Source: Mobula hypostoma (lineage: Eukaryota). From it: 64,000 bases of DNA. How positions within the stretch are numbered: position 1 is the first letter of the stretch; each line of letters starts with the position of its first letter. The stretch covers positions 90,460,001 to 90,524,000 of the forward strand of contig NC_086108.1 of NCBI RefSeq assembly GCF_963921235.1. Direction: 5' to 3'. Under the pieces are notes generated by a model. That model searched no databases. It saw only the letters and a list, made by a program, of their open reading frames with translations, and was not told where the DNA came from. The translations under genes were made by a program, and so were the position numbers. Shown one piece after another: positions 38,693-51,299 of the stretch.

Positions 38693-40008
38693 GTGGGGTG
38701 GAGACACGTTTCTACCAAAGGAGGGGTAAGGTGCTCCTTCCCTCCACCAGCCTTAGTGTGCATGTGCTGGTTGTGCATACAGCCTGTTACAGCCGTTCCA
38801 GACCAGTATTCTTACTTTTTTCTTCTTACTTTTTAACTTACATTATGTTTTGTACTTTTTTTTGCACATCGAATCTGCACCCTCTCTAACATGCTGGTAG
38901 AGAGAGTTTTATTTGGGTTTTTAGCGCTGGAAATAGTTACATTCCGACACGTCTCATTAGCAGGACAGAAGCATGGTAGCATTGTGTATTCCAGGGACCA
39001 GCTGATTGATCTTATGCTGGCCGGTTTAGCGAACAGAGCGGCGGACACCTCTGCTGAAATCTGGAGATGCATACACACAGCGGATGCAGAGGGGGATCAC
39101 AAAGGTGAGGAAAGAGGACCGGGTCGAGACAACAGAGACTTATGGAGAAGAAGAGTTCGGTGGGTAATAAAATGGACGAGTTCACGGCGCTAGCCAGGCA
39201 TCAGAGAACATTTCGGGAGTGCAGTGTTATGTGTTTCACTGGAACGGGGCTGCACGAGGACATACCCGATCAAAACTTCTCCATGGATGGTTTCCAGACC
39301 CTTCGGGCTGACCGGAAGTGCACTGAGAGCGGTAAGCATAAAGGAGTTGGGTGCTTACTATTCTAGTTAACAACGGATGGTGCAATCCGGGTCATATTAC
39401 GATCAAGGAACGTGTCTGTAGACCGGATATTGAACTTTTTGCTGTTGGACTTCGGCCATATTCCACTGAGATACAACACTGGGCGGCACGGGAGGTCGTT
39501 CCTGCCTGTGGCCATCGAACTTGCAGCTCCTCCCGTGGAGGGTCAGACACCCTGAGCCAATAGGCTGGTCCTGGACTTATTTTCCATCTGGCATAGTTTG
39601 CATTTTGTTGTTTGATTGTTTGTGGTTTTTGTATTGCTATATTTATGCTCTATTCTTGGTTGGTGCGGCTGTAACGAAAGCCAATTCCCCTCGGGATCAA
39701 TAAAGTATATCTATCTATCTATCCTGCAGGTCACCCTTGGGAAAGGTATAGCACCCGATTCGTCCCCGATCAGGGTCACGTGAAGCCATAGGAACAAATG
39801 GTGGAGAGTAGTTGGTGCATATCACAAGTGCTGGCTATGTCACCACTGACGGCAGGCTAACAATCTCTGAAGAGTGTTAATAATGTCTGGTACTACCCAG
39901 AAGGAAGCAATGGCAAACCAGTTGTGCAGAAAAAATTGCCAAGAATAATCAAGGTCATGAGACCATGATCACCTATGTCATACAACATGGCATATAACAA
40001 TGATGCTG
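38693..40008 (+). mobile_element. Non-coding SINE-like retroelement with RTE-type 3' end, split by insertion 38754-39722
   Basis: 14-bp TSD; aaggaagcaatggcaaacca..ggtcatgagaccatg..(atg)n tail; second copy at 40719-43330. Confidence 0.75.
38754..39722 (+). mobile_element. Non-autonomous Rex1/Babar deletion derivative (5' leader + APE N-terminus joined to 3' tail)
   Basis: IVYSRDQL, GNKMDEFTAL..FRECSVMCFT, LVNNGWCNPGHITIKERVC.PDIELFAVGLRPY joined directly to the SFLPVAI-type tail; (atct)n end; cct on both flanks. Confidence 0.85.
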
Positions 40009-40844
40009 ATAGCTTTAAGGTGTTTGTAGGAAGTATAAGGGCGATGTCAGAGGGGTAAGTTTTTTTTTTCAGAGAGTGGTTGTTTTCTGGAATGCCCTGC
40101 CAGTGGTGGTGGTAAAATCAGATACTTCAGGAACATTTAAAAAGATCTTAAATAGTCACATCAGTGAAAGAAAAATGGAGGACTGTGTGGGAGGAAAGAG
40201 TTAGATTGATCTTAGAGTAGAAACACTGCATATTAATTATGTAAATAATATACTGGTATTTAAAAATAGAAAAAAAACATGCAGATGATGGAAATCTGAA
40301 ATAAAAATGTTGTGCTTGAGAAACTCCTTAACTGAGAAAGCATCAATGGAGAAACAAAGATTTATTCGGAAACCTATTACTGTTGTTTTAAGGAGAAATT
40401 TAGGTTTCTGCTGAATTTCTGTGTCTGTAGCAGTCCCTGGTGATGTGATGTTCCATGTTTTATTGAGGACTGAAGCAACTTCAGAACCTTAAGATGTAGC
40501 CAGCAGTAGCTAAAATAATTATCTTCCTCTGCTCGTTATACTGGGAATAGTTTTAAAAACATTCTTGTGCATAGAAATTGGTTAGGATACATTGAAAAAT
40601 ATTGTAATTGGAACTACTCTATAAGAATATAGAATGGAAATGAAATAGAGCTACTCGATGAAAGTCAATAATAATTTGTAAGAATAATACAAGAATTAAA
40701 GGGGAGGTAAGTATCAAAGGGTGGTGGGGGTGATGAAGATACATCTTTAACAAAGGAGGTGTAAGGCTTGCCTTCCCTCCGCTAGCCTACAGGTCATAGT
40801 TGGGCAAGGTGTAGCAACTGCTTAGCCCCATGATTAGGGTCATG

Positions 40845-43077
40845 ATTATCGTCCGGTAGCACTCACATCTACAGTGATGAAATGCTTTGAGAGGTTGGTC
40901 ATGACTAGAATGAAATTGGGGCTGTTGTGGATAGTGTGGAGGGCTGTCAGAGGTTACAGCGAGATAGGATGCAAAACTAGGCTGAGAAGTGGCAGATGGA
41001 GTTCAATCCAAATAAGTGTGAGGTGGTTCATTTTGGTAGGTCAAATATGATGGCAGAATATAGTATTAATGGTAAGACTCTTGGCAGTGTGGAGGATCAG
41101 AGGCATCTTGGGGTCCAAGTCCATAGGACATGCAAAGCTGCTGTGCAGGTTGACTCTATGGTTAAGAAAGCATATGGTGCATTGGCCTTCATCAATCATG
41201 AGATTGAATTTAGGAGCCAAGCGGTAATGTTGCAGCTATGTAGGACCCAGGTCAGACTCCACTTGGAGTACTGTGCTCAGTTCTGGTTGCTTCATTACAG
41301 GAAGGATGTGGAAACCATAGAAAGTGTGCAGAGGAGATTTACGAGGATGTTGCTTGGATTGGGGAGCATGCCTTATGTGAATAGGTTGAGTGAACTCGGC
41401 CTTTTTTCCTTGGAGCGATGGAAGATGAGAGGTGACCTGATAGACGTGTATAAGATGTTGAGAGGCATTAATCCTGTGGATAGTCAGAGGCTTTTTGCCA
41501 GGGCTAAAGTGGCTAGCACTAGAGGGCACAACTTTGTGGTGCTTGGAAGTAGATACAGAGGAGATGTCAGGGGTAAGTTTTTTATGCACAGAGTGGTGAG
41601 TGCGTGGAATAGGCTGCCAGCGATGGTGGTGGAGGTGGATACGATAGGATCTTTAAAGAGGCTCCTGGACAGGTACATGGAGCGTAGAAAAATAGAGGTC
41701 TATGGGTAGCCCTGGGTAATTTTTAAGGTAAAGACATGTTCGGCACAGCTGTGTGGGCTGAAGGGCCTGTATTGTGCTGTAGGTTTTCTATGTTTCTGAG
41801 GACCTGGACCCATTGCATTTTGCCTATCGCCACAAAAGGTCAACAGTAGATGCAATCTCAATGGCTCTTCACATGGCTTTAGACCACATAGACAACACAA
41901 ACACTTTCGTCAGGATGCTGTTCATCAACTTTTACTCAGCATTAAACACCATCTACAATACTAATTGATAAATTACAGAACCTGGGCTTCTGTACCTCCC
42001 TCTCCTATTGGATCCTCGACTTCCAAAGCGGAAGACCACAATTTGTGCGGATTGGTGAAAATATCTTCCCTTGCTAACAATCAACACTGATGCACCTCAG
42101 AGGTGTGTACTTAGCCCACTGCTCTACTCTCTATACACCCATGACTATGTGGCTGAGCATAGCTGTAACACTATCTATAAATTTGCTGATGATACAACCA
42201 TAGTTGGTAGGATCTCAGATGGAGACAAGAGGGCATACAGGAGCGAGGTACACCAACTAGTGGAGTGGTGTCGCAGCAACAGCCTTGTACTCAACATCAG
42301 CAAGATGAAAGAGCTGATTGTGGGCTTCCGGAAGGGTAAGATGAAGGAACACATACCAATCCTCACAGAGGGATCAGAAGTGGAGAGAGTGAGCAGTTTC
42401 AAGTTCCTGGGTGTCAAGATCTCTGAGGACCTAACCTGGTCCCAACAAATCAATGCAACTATAAAGAAGGCAAGACGGTGACTGCACTTCATTAGGAGTT
42501 TAAAGAGATTTGGTATGTCAACAAAAACACGCAAAAAACTTCTATAGATGTACTGTGGAGAGTATTCTGACAGGCTGCATCACCATCTGGTATGTGGGAG
42601 GGGGCTACTGCACAGGACTGAGAGGAGCTGCAGAGGGTGTAAATTTAGTCAGCTCCATCTTGGGTACTAGCCTACAAAATACCCAGGACACCTTCAAGGA
42701 GTGGTGTCTCAGAACGGTAGTGTCCATTATTAAGGAACTCTAGCACCTAGGGCATGTCCTTTCCTACAGAAGGTACAGAAGCCTGAAAGCACACACTCAG
42801 CGATTCAGGAACAACTTCTTTCCCTCTGCCATCCGATTCCTAAGTGGATATTGAACCCTTAGAGACTACCTCACTTTTTTAATATATAGTATTTCTGTTT
42901 TTTGCACAATTTTGATCTATTTAATGTACGAAAAATGTAATTGATTTAGATATTTATTTATTATTATTATTTTATTTTGTTTTTTACTTCTATATTATGT
43001 ATTGCATTGTACTGCTGCTGCTAAGTTAACAAATTTCACGTCACATGCCGGTGATGTTAAACCTGGTTCTGATTCTG
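40845..43077 (+). mobile_element. 5'-truncated Rex1/Babar LINE split by CR1
   Basis: YRPVALTSTVMKCFERLV | DLDPL.FAYR..APQ.CVLSPLLYSLYTHD..KFADDTTIVG; (gattct)n tail. Confidence 0.92.
40910..41797 (+). mobile_element. 5'-truncated CR1 LINE
   Basis: ORF 40996-41709 MEFNPNKCEVVHFGR..HLEYCAQFW..; tail ttctatgtttct. Confidence 0.93.
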
Positions 43078-43392
43078 ATGTGAAGCCTTGGGAGCAGGTA
43101 GTGAATGATCGTATGAGCAGCTGGTGCATATCACAAGTCCTGGTTATGCGACCACTGACGCCAGCCAGACCAGCTCTGAAGAGTATTGATAATGGCTGGG
43201 GTCACCCGTCTTGTAAAGACAGTGCCCAGAAGAAGGCAATGGCAAACCACTTCACTTCTGTAGAAAATGTTGCCAAGAACAATCACGGTCATGGTGTTCA
43301 TCCACATAATATAACACAGCACAAAACAACAAACAAAGAACCAAAAATGAAAAGTGAAAGCTACAGAGTGACTGTGGAGCCTTTTAAACTGA

Positions 43393-43855
43393 TGAATCAG
43401 AATCAGAACCACAATCAGGTTTCTTATCATTGTGAAATTTGTTAACTTAGCAGCAGCAGTTCAATGCAATACGTAATATAGAAGTGAAATAAATAAATCA
43501 ATTACGGTATATGTATATTGAATACATTAAAAATCGTGCAAAGACAGAAGTAATATATATTAGAAATGTGAGGTAGTGTTCACGGGTTCACTGTCTGTTT
43601 AGGAATTGGAAGGCAGAGGGGAAGAAGCTGTTCCTGAATTGCTGAGTGTGTGCCTTCAGGCTTCTGTACCTCCTTCCTGATGGTAACAGTGAGAAAAGGA
43701 CATGCCCTGGGTGCTGGGGTCCTTAATAATGGATGCTGCCTTTCTGAGACACCACTCCTTGAAGATGTCCTGGGTACTTTGTAGGCTAGTACCCAAGATG
43801 GAGCTGACTAAATTTACAACCCTCTGCAGCTTCTTTCGGTCCTGTCCAGTAGCAT
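43393..43855 (-). mobile_element. Rex1/Babar 3' end
   Basis: (aatcag)n tail; reverse complement of 42620-42860. Confidence 0.85.
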
Positions 43856-44882
43856 AGATAGATATGTAGAAGATACTTCTACGATGGAGATCTATAATTA
43901 AGTATCACAAATAAACCCAAAGAAATTTTCAGGAGAAACATCTTTACTGTAAAATTGGTGAGAATGCTGAATTTGCCACCACCTGGAATGCTTGTTGCCA
44001 GCATTTAAAGAACAGCTAGACAAGAGGGTAATCACATTGTGAAAGGGGGATAGAGTTAGGTTAAGCAAGATATGAAGAAGGTTATAAACTCTGGCATGAG
44101 GAGTATAAACACTGGCACACACCTGTTGTGTTCAACAGTAATTTTATGTGCCATTTATTCTAGATATTGAAAGTGGAATCTGCCATAAAGTCTAAAGTAA
44201 GAACAGTAGGAAGAAATGCAAAACACATGCCAAATGTAATATTTCCATGTTTTTTCTTCTTTTGATTTCCACATTATGCTTTCAGATTATGTGGTATCCA
44301 CAGTTGCTTAGTTTACACAATGTCACAGTGAGTAATTTTGCATATACAAAATGATGTCAGAATTCTGCAGTCACAAAACTTGCACATTGTGTGTAGATTT
44401 GTCATTTCCCCCATGAGCCTTTCTTTTAACTGTTCATAAAAGGTAAACATGTCATCAGAAAGTAATTGAAAGAAGTAATTCCTCATGTATTTTATGCATG
44501 CATTTGATCATTGTTATTCTTAACAAGAGTTTGGTTTTATAAAACATTTGTAATGCTGGAAACCAAATTCAGAGAAGGTATTCTAAGAGTATCATCTAAT
44601 AATTTAGGCAAAATATATTTCTAAGGAAAGGAAAATGCTGGAGACTCTGAGGCTGAGAAATCTAGAACTTTATGATTAATGACATGTCTCTCTGACAGTC
44701 TGAGAATCTATTCCAGCAAGCTCATGTTGACTCTTTCTAAGAGCATTCAATCTGTTCTGCAAAATGAAAACCAATCCTAACTTCTCCATTGCACCCACAT
44801 AATTGAAATCCCACATGTTGAAAGCCATTTTGTAAAGTCTTTTCTGCAACCTCTATGAATCTTTATTGTACACTTTCCAAAG

Positions 44883-44951
44883 CAGGGATTCCCAAACTTT
44901 TTGTACCATGGACCCCTTCATGCTCCATCGATCTCAGTTTGGAAGCTCCAG
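44883..44951. mobile_element. Tiny hAT-type MITE
   Basis: cagggattcccaaact / agtttggaagctccag imperfect TIRs; 8-bp flanks ttccaaag 44875-44882 / ttctaaag 44952-44959. Confidence 0.6.
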
Positions 44952-45799
44952 TTCTAAAGATTTCTCAAACTTCTGGAAGTGTTGTGCTGAAATCTGGACA
45001 TAATATTCATGGCTGAACTGGTGCAGACTTAAGCGATTTCGTTCAGAAGTATTTGGAGATTTGATTTTGCTTTCTATGTATCTATTTATAAGCCTAGGAT
45101 CTCAAGGGGATATGTGCAAAAGACAGAATAGAGTAATTCTGCCTGAATCAACATGGTTCAATATTCAACAGTTTATTGATCTGTATTCCCAAAAAGCTTC
45201 ACTCCTCTGCCTCACTTAGCTTCCTGTCTTCCAGCGAATAAATAGCCTCCTTCCAAAATTAGCAACCTCACATTTGCTACATTGAATTTTGTATGCCATT
45301 TATTTGCCTGCCACAAATGGTTTGTCTTTCTGTATTTTGGTGTAGAATTTGCGTTTGCATTTTTAGCCACTTCAAATGCACTGCATTGAATTCCTATCCA
45401 CTATTTTCTGATTTGTTGCTATCTTTTTCCAATTGTAGAAAATTTACAACACAGATGGAAGCCATTCAGTCTTTCATGTCTGTGCAAGCTAAAGGGGATC
45501 TAACTCATCTAATAGCATCTTCTAATGCCCAGTCTATAGCACCACAGATCATATCTTTTCAAATTTAGACCCAGGAACCATATTCAAATGTGATGAGGTT
45601 TTCTGCCACCATCACCTTTCATGTCAAGAATCACTTCAATTGACTGGCTGAATATCTTTTGGCTTCATCACTATCAAATTCTTTCACCAAATAATTTAAA
45701 TGTATTGTACATGGAGTTTGATCTCTTGTTAAAAGCATTGCCTTTGTTATTTTATCAAGTCCAGTCATAGTTTACAAACATGAATTCTCAATGTATTGT

Positions 45800-46450
45800 T
45801 TCAAAGTTCAAAGGAAATTTATTTGTAAAGTTCATATATGTTGCTATATACTCCCAGAGATTATACTTTCTTACAAGCATTCACATAAAAAACAAATAGA
45901 ATTTTATGAAAGCTATACATAAACGAGGACTGAAAAACCAGTGTGCAAAAGAGGATAACCTGTGTAAAGTAAAAATAACATGTGTTGTATAGATGCATTG
46001 AAAGAGAGTCTATACGTCATATAATTAGTTCAGGGTAGTGACATTTGAAGTTATCCACACTGGTACAGGAATCTGAGATAGTAGGCTAATAACTGTTGCT
46101 GAACCTGGTGGTATGGGACCTAAGACTTCTGTACCTCCTGCCTGATGGTAGTAGTGAGAAGAGGGCATGTCCTGGATGGCAGGTACCTTGGATGCTAGAA
46201 GCAGTTTTCTTGTGGCATTGCTTCATGTAAGAGTACTCAACTGATGGGCAGAGAGGGGCTTTGGAGGGCTTTGCCTATGATGGATAGGGCTGTATATACC
46301 TTTCTCTGTAGCTTTTACTATTCCTGAGCATTGGTGTTTCCATACCCGGCCTCGATACAACAAATGAGGGTACTCTCCTCTGTAGAACTATAGAAGTTTC
46401 TCAGTTATTGATGACATGCTCAATCTACACAAACTTCTTAGAAAGTAGTG
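45800..46450 (-). mobile_element. Rex1/Babar 3' end, degraded
   Basis: ttcaaagttcaaag tail; ctgtacctcctgcctgatggtag..gagaagagggcatg. Confidence 0.7.
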
Positions 46451-47412
46451 GTAAGCATCTCCCAACCTATTTAATCTTTACTCATAGCTACATTTTTTGA
46501 ATCCTGGCAACATCTTGTAAATCTCCTCTGAGCCCTCTCCACGACAGAAGTTCCAGGGCCATGTTCTTGCACATGTAGTCAAACAAATGTTGTGCATCCC
46601 CTCATTTCACAGGAGACAAAAAATAAAATCTGCCTCCTGAAATTGGCATTTGACAAGAAACCTGTGACCTGAAGAATGGATGAGGGCTAGAAGAGTGCAG
46701 TAACTATCTGTCAATCTTGAAAATTTATGGACTCACTCATACTGTCTCTGCAGCCTGTGGCAGTACAATCCAAGGCTAACGTACTGAGAACCAGGATGGA
46801 GGCAAACTCTGGCAGAGAGATATTCACATCAGTTGGAATGAGTCCTTCAAAAGCCTCCTGAACCAGACTGTGTCTTTGACTCAAAGAGCATTAACTCCCA
46901 TCCCACAGTATACTCTCCAGTGCAGTCTTGAGGCCACCCATTGCTCAAAGCCCCCTGAAAAATAACAATGCCTCTAGAGCAGATGGCTGAAGTTCAGAAA
47001 CTTGGAGGAAGAGAAATGAAGGCACATGTTCATGACCTCATTTCCAAATTAATAAAGAGCAGGTTGTATCAGAGGACCACAAAGATGCTATAATCATTGC
47101 TATTTTCAAGAAAGAAAATCCAATTATAGCAATTACAGAGGGTTTGTTCTGCTGCTGGCCAAGGGAAAAGTCATCTCTATGATTTTTGGTAACCACCTCC
47201 TCCTAGTGGCCAAAGAGTGGTGTGAATTCTATCTATCCAGCAACAAGCATACTACATGTGATCTTCATCACATTTGAAGTTTTAGTAAGAAGGAAACATC
47301 AACCACTATATATGCCCTTATTTTAAATGTGACAGCCTCTTAAAAAAAATGTTTCTTTTCTATGCCTACTTCACAATCTTATGAAAGCCCAGTGCAGACT
47401 GGACTCAAGCAA

Positions 47413-48030
47413 TGTCCATAAGACCACAAGACATAAGAGCAGAACTAGGCCATTCAGACCATCAGGTCTGCTCTGCCATTCCCTCATGGCTGATTTATTA
47501 TCCCTCTCAACCCCATTGTCTATCCTTCTCCCCATAACATGTGATGCCCTGACTAAACAAGAAAATACCAACCTCTTCTTTAACTATACTTAATGACAAG
47601 GCCTCCACAGCCATCTGTTGGCAATGAATTCCATAGATTCACCATCATCTGGCTAAAGAAATTCCTCCTCATCTCTGTTCTAAATAGAGGTCCCTCTATT
47701 CTAAGGCTGTACCCTCTGGTCCTAGACTAACCTACCTATCCTCTTCACATCCACTCTATCTAGGCCTTAATATGTTCGATAGGTTTCAGTGAGGGTTCCC
47801 CCCAATTCTTCTACACTCTGGTGAGTATAGGCCCAGAGCCTTCAAACACCCTCATACATGAACCTTTCTCCAATGCTGGCACACCTGTTCTTGGATAAGG
47901 GACCTAAAACTGCTCATAATACTCCAAGTCTGACCAATGCCTTATAAAGCCTCAGCATTGCATCCTTGTTCCTATGTTCTAGTCCTCAAAATGAATGTTA
48001 AGATTGCATTTGCCTTCCTTACAACCGAAC
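47413..48030 (-). mobile_element. CR1 3' fragment
   Basis: ccataagaccacaagacataagagcagaa tail; homologous to 62207-62880. Confidence 0.85.
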
Positions 48031-48069
48031 CATTCAGAAAAGACTTTACTTCAATCCATTTTCAGTCTT

Positions 48070-49637
48070 CCTCATCCCAATGACTGCACAATGTTCTACA
48101 CCATTCATGACTCCTCAGATAGTGGAGCAGTTCATACCCAAATGCAGCAGGACCTGGAAAATGTCCTAGCTTGGGCTGACAAGTGCCGAATAACATTCGA
48201 GCCACGCAAGTGCCAGGCAATGACCATCTTGAACATAGAACATAGAATAGTACAGCACAGTACAGGCCCTTCGGCCCACAATGTTGTGCCGACTCTTAAA
48301 CCCTGCCTCCCATATAACCCCCCACCTTAAATTCCTCCATATACCTGTCTAGTAGTCTCTTAAATCTCACTGGTGTATCTGCCTCCGCCACTGACTCAGG
48401 CAGTGCATTCCACACACCAACCACTCTCTGAGTAAAAAACCTTCCTCTGATATCCCCCTTGAACTTCCCACCCCTTACCTTAAAGCCATGTCCTCTTGTA
48501 TTGAGCAGTGGTGCCCTGGGGAAGAGGCACTGGCTGTCCACTATATCTATCTTCCTCTTAATATCTTGTATACCTCTATCATGTCTCCTCTCATTCTCCT
48601 CCTCCTCCAAAGAGTAAAGCCCTAGCTCCCTTAATCTCTGATCATAATGCATACTCTCTAAACCAGGCAGCATAGTGGTAAATCTCCTCTGTACCCTTTC
48701 CAGTGCTTCCACATCCTTCCTATAGTGAGGTGACCAGAACTGAACACAGTACTCCAAGTGTGGCCTAACCAGAGTTTTATAGAGCTGCATCATTACCTCG
48801 CAACTCTTAAGCTCTATCCCTTGACTTATGAAAGCTAACACCCCATAAGCTTTCTTAACTACCCTATCGACCTGTGAGGCAACTTTCAGGGATCTGTGGT
48901 TGAGAGGCTCTAATCATTATCCTTGACGTTCAGTGGCATCACCGTCACTGAATCCCCTACTATCAACATCCCGGGGGTTACCTTTGATAGGAAACTGAAT
49001 TAGTCTAGCCATGTAAACACTGTGACTACCAGAGCAAGTCAAAGGCTAGGAATCTTGTGGCACGTAACTCACCACCTGACTCCCCAAATCCTGTCCAGGT
49101 CGAGGCTCAGGTCAGGAGTGTAATGGAATACTCGCCACTCATCTGGATGAATGGCGAGTAATTCATCAACACTCAAGAAGCTTGACACCATCCAGTACAA
49201 GGCAGCCCACTCGATTGGTACCCCTTCCACAAGCATCCAATCCCTCTGCCATTGACGAACAGTTGCAGCAGTGTGTACTATCTACAAGATGCACTTGCAA
49301 ACAACACACCAGAATCCCTAAGGCTGCACTTTCCAGACCCATGATCACTTTCATCAAGAGGGACGAGAACAGTAGATACTTGGGGACGCCACTACTTGGA
49401 AATCCCCCTCCTCGTCACTCACCATCCTGACTTGGAAACATATCGCCGTTTCTTCATTGTTGCTGGGTCAAAATCATGGAATTCCCTCCCTAACAGCGCT
49501 GTGGGTGTACCTACACCTCAGGGCCTGCAGTGGTTCAAGAAGGCAGCTCACCTCCACCTTCTCAAGGGCAACTAGGGATGGGTGATAAACGCTGGCTTAG
49601 CTGGCGATGCCCACATCCTGTAAATGAATTAAAAAAA
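48070..49637 (+). mobile_element. Second CR1-clade LINE family, 3' part, split by CR1 48232-48898
   Basis: DCTMF..MQQDLENV.AWADK..ITF.P.KCQAMTI; RSVMEYSPL.W; tail gggcaactagggatgg..ataaacgctggc..gcgatgcccacatcc..gaattaaaaaa. Confidence 0.8.
48232..48898 (-). mobile_element. Young 5'-truncated CR1
   Basis: ORF 48296-48841 LYKTLVRPHLEYCVQFWSPHYRKDV; (aacatag)n tail. Confidence 0.93.
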
Positions 49638-51299
49638 CAATATTACACCTCTCCTTCAAGTAGTTTCCCACTAAACTGGAACTAAACTACAAGGGTGACT
49701 TTCATTTCTGCTGCAGAACCAAAATTACTTTAGATGCATTGTGCAATTGATGCTTACTTATGTAAACTTTGCAAAAGCGAATCCAAAGCATCAGTGACTC
49801 ATTCAGTGAAGCACGTGAGCCAGTGGACTTAGATTACAGTATCACTAGCACTTTAGCCTTGCTTTACAATGCCATAAAGCCTTATTAAGAGGTTCTGGAA
49901 AATACAAATTGTTTTTTAAAAGGTCACTTTCAAGCTGTAATACAGCAGGTCATCCATAAAGAGATTGCATTGGCAAAGCCTTTTATCTTCAGAGGGAAAC
50001 GTGTATTAGAAGATGAAGGCCTCAAATCCAGCATGTGCTTGGTCTACCAGGTAGCAGCAATCCCTGCCTTTCTGAATACTTCAGAGACATGGACTACATT
50101 CAGCAGGCACCTCGAAGCCCTGGGCAGTTGTTGTCAATGCTTCCTCTGCAATATCATTGAAATCCACTGTCAGGGTAAACAAATCAATACCATTGTCCAC
50201 TCCCACACCAGCATTTACAGCATTGAGGTATGGATTGTACCCAACCAGCTGCATTAGGTAGGCTATGTTATCTTCACGACTGACACTCAAACTCTAAAGG
50301 AACTGCTGCAGGCTCTCAAATCAAAAGATTTCCAAGACAACATAGATACGATTTCAACAATATTCTCACAGCCTCACTGAAACAATATGCTGCATTGATT
50401 GATCTGTGCTTATCCTTGATAGCACTCAAAAAGGAGAAGGAACATTTGGGAAGGCACTAAGTATCTCAAGTCTTTTTAATGGGAGAAAAAGCTGCAGAAG
50501 AAATGTTGATCTTTCGAACAGCTCTGTCACCTGCCTCTTCAAGCAATTGTTACCCCATCTGTAGCAGGTGTTGTGCATCTCACACTGGCTATATCAGCCA
50601 CCTCAGATTCCCCGAAACTGGAATTACACAAGTTATTGTTAATTTTTAAGATCTGCCTGAGAAGAGGAGTTATAGTTCTAACAATATCCCTCTCTTTTGT
50701 ACTCCGTTCCTTGCCCAGTCAATAAGGCTTAACAACTGCTTTTTTAGCCTATCTTGTCTTTAAAAATCTCTGCACGTACACCCCGAATTTCCTTTGTTCC
50801 TCCACATCTCTTAGCATGCTTCTATTTATTGCATATTTTCTTGTCTTGCTGTATTTTCTAAATGGATTATATTCCATTGCTCTTTTATCTCCAACTGTAT
50901 AAGATGTACTCTCGACCTCAAGCTATCTCATGATCTTGCACCAAATTGCCAATGCGCATTGCACTTTCTTTGTGCCTGTTACATTTTATTCTGTATTGTT
51001 ATTGTTTTACCTTGTACTACTTTAATGGACAATGTAATGGTTTGAGCTATATGAGCAAAATCGGAATCAAGTTTATTATCATTGACATTTGTTGTAATGT
51101 TGCAGAAGTACACTGCTGTCTACTGTATCTCTCTTTCTGGTTAACACGAGAGGGCACAGCTTTAAGGTGCTTGGAAGCAGGTACAGAGGAGGTGTCAGGG
51201 GTAAGTTTTTTTTACGCAAAGAGTGGTGAGTGAGTGGAATGGGCTGCCGGCAATGGTGGTGGAGGTGGATACGATAGGGTCTTTTAAGAGACTCTTGGA

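Larger units (their letters stand above)
37890..40225 (+). mobile_element. Old CR1 RT-3' fragment split by nested insertions (pieces 37890-38692 and 40009-40225)
   Basis: QVDRVVKA.GALAFI.QGIEFKS.EVMLQLYKTLV; duplicated atagcttt(g/a)aggtg at 38679-38692 / 40009-40022. Confidence 0.85.
40719..43330 (+). mobile_element. Second copy of the RTE-tailed SINE-like element, split (40719-40844 and 43078-~43330)
   Basis: ..ttagggtcatg | (a)tgtgaagcc.. rejoins to match cagggtcacgtgaagcc at ~39771-39787. Confidence 0.8.
46650..50665 (+). mobile_element. Ancient RTE (BovB-like) LINE remnants, interrupted (pieces ~46650-47410 and ~49690-50665)
   Basis: IFKK..NYRG..LL...GK at ~47100-47170; VYQVAAIPAFLNTSETWTTFSRHLEAL..CQCFL.NI.EIH.Q (ORF 49970-50257). 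Confidence 0.7.
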
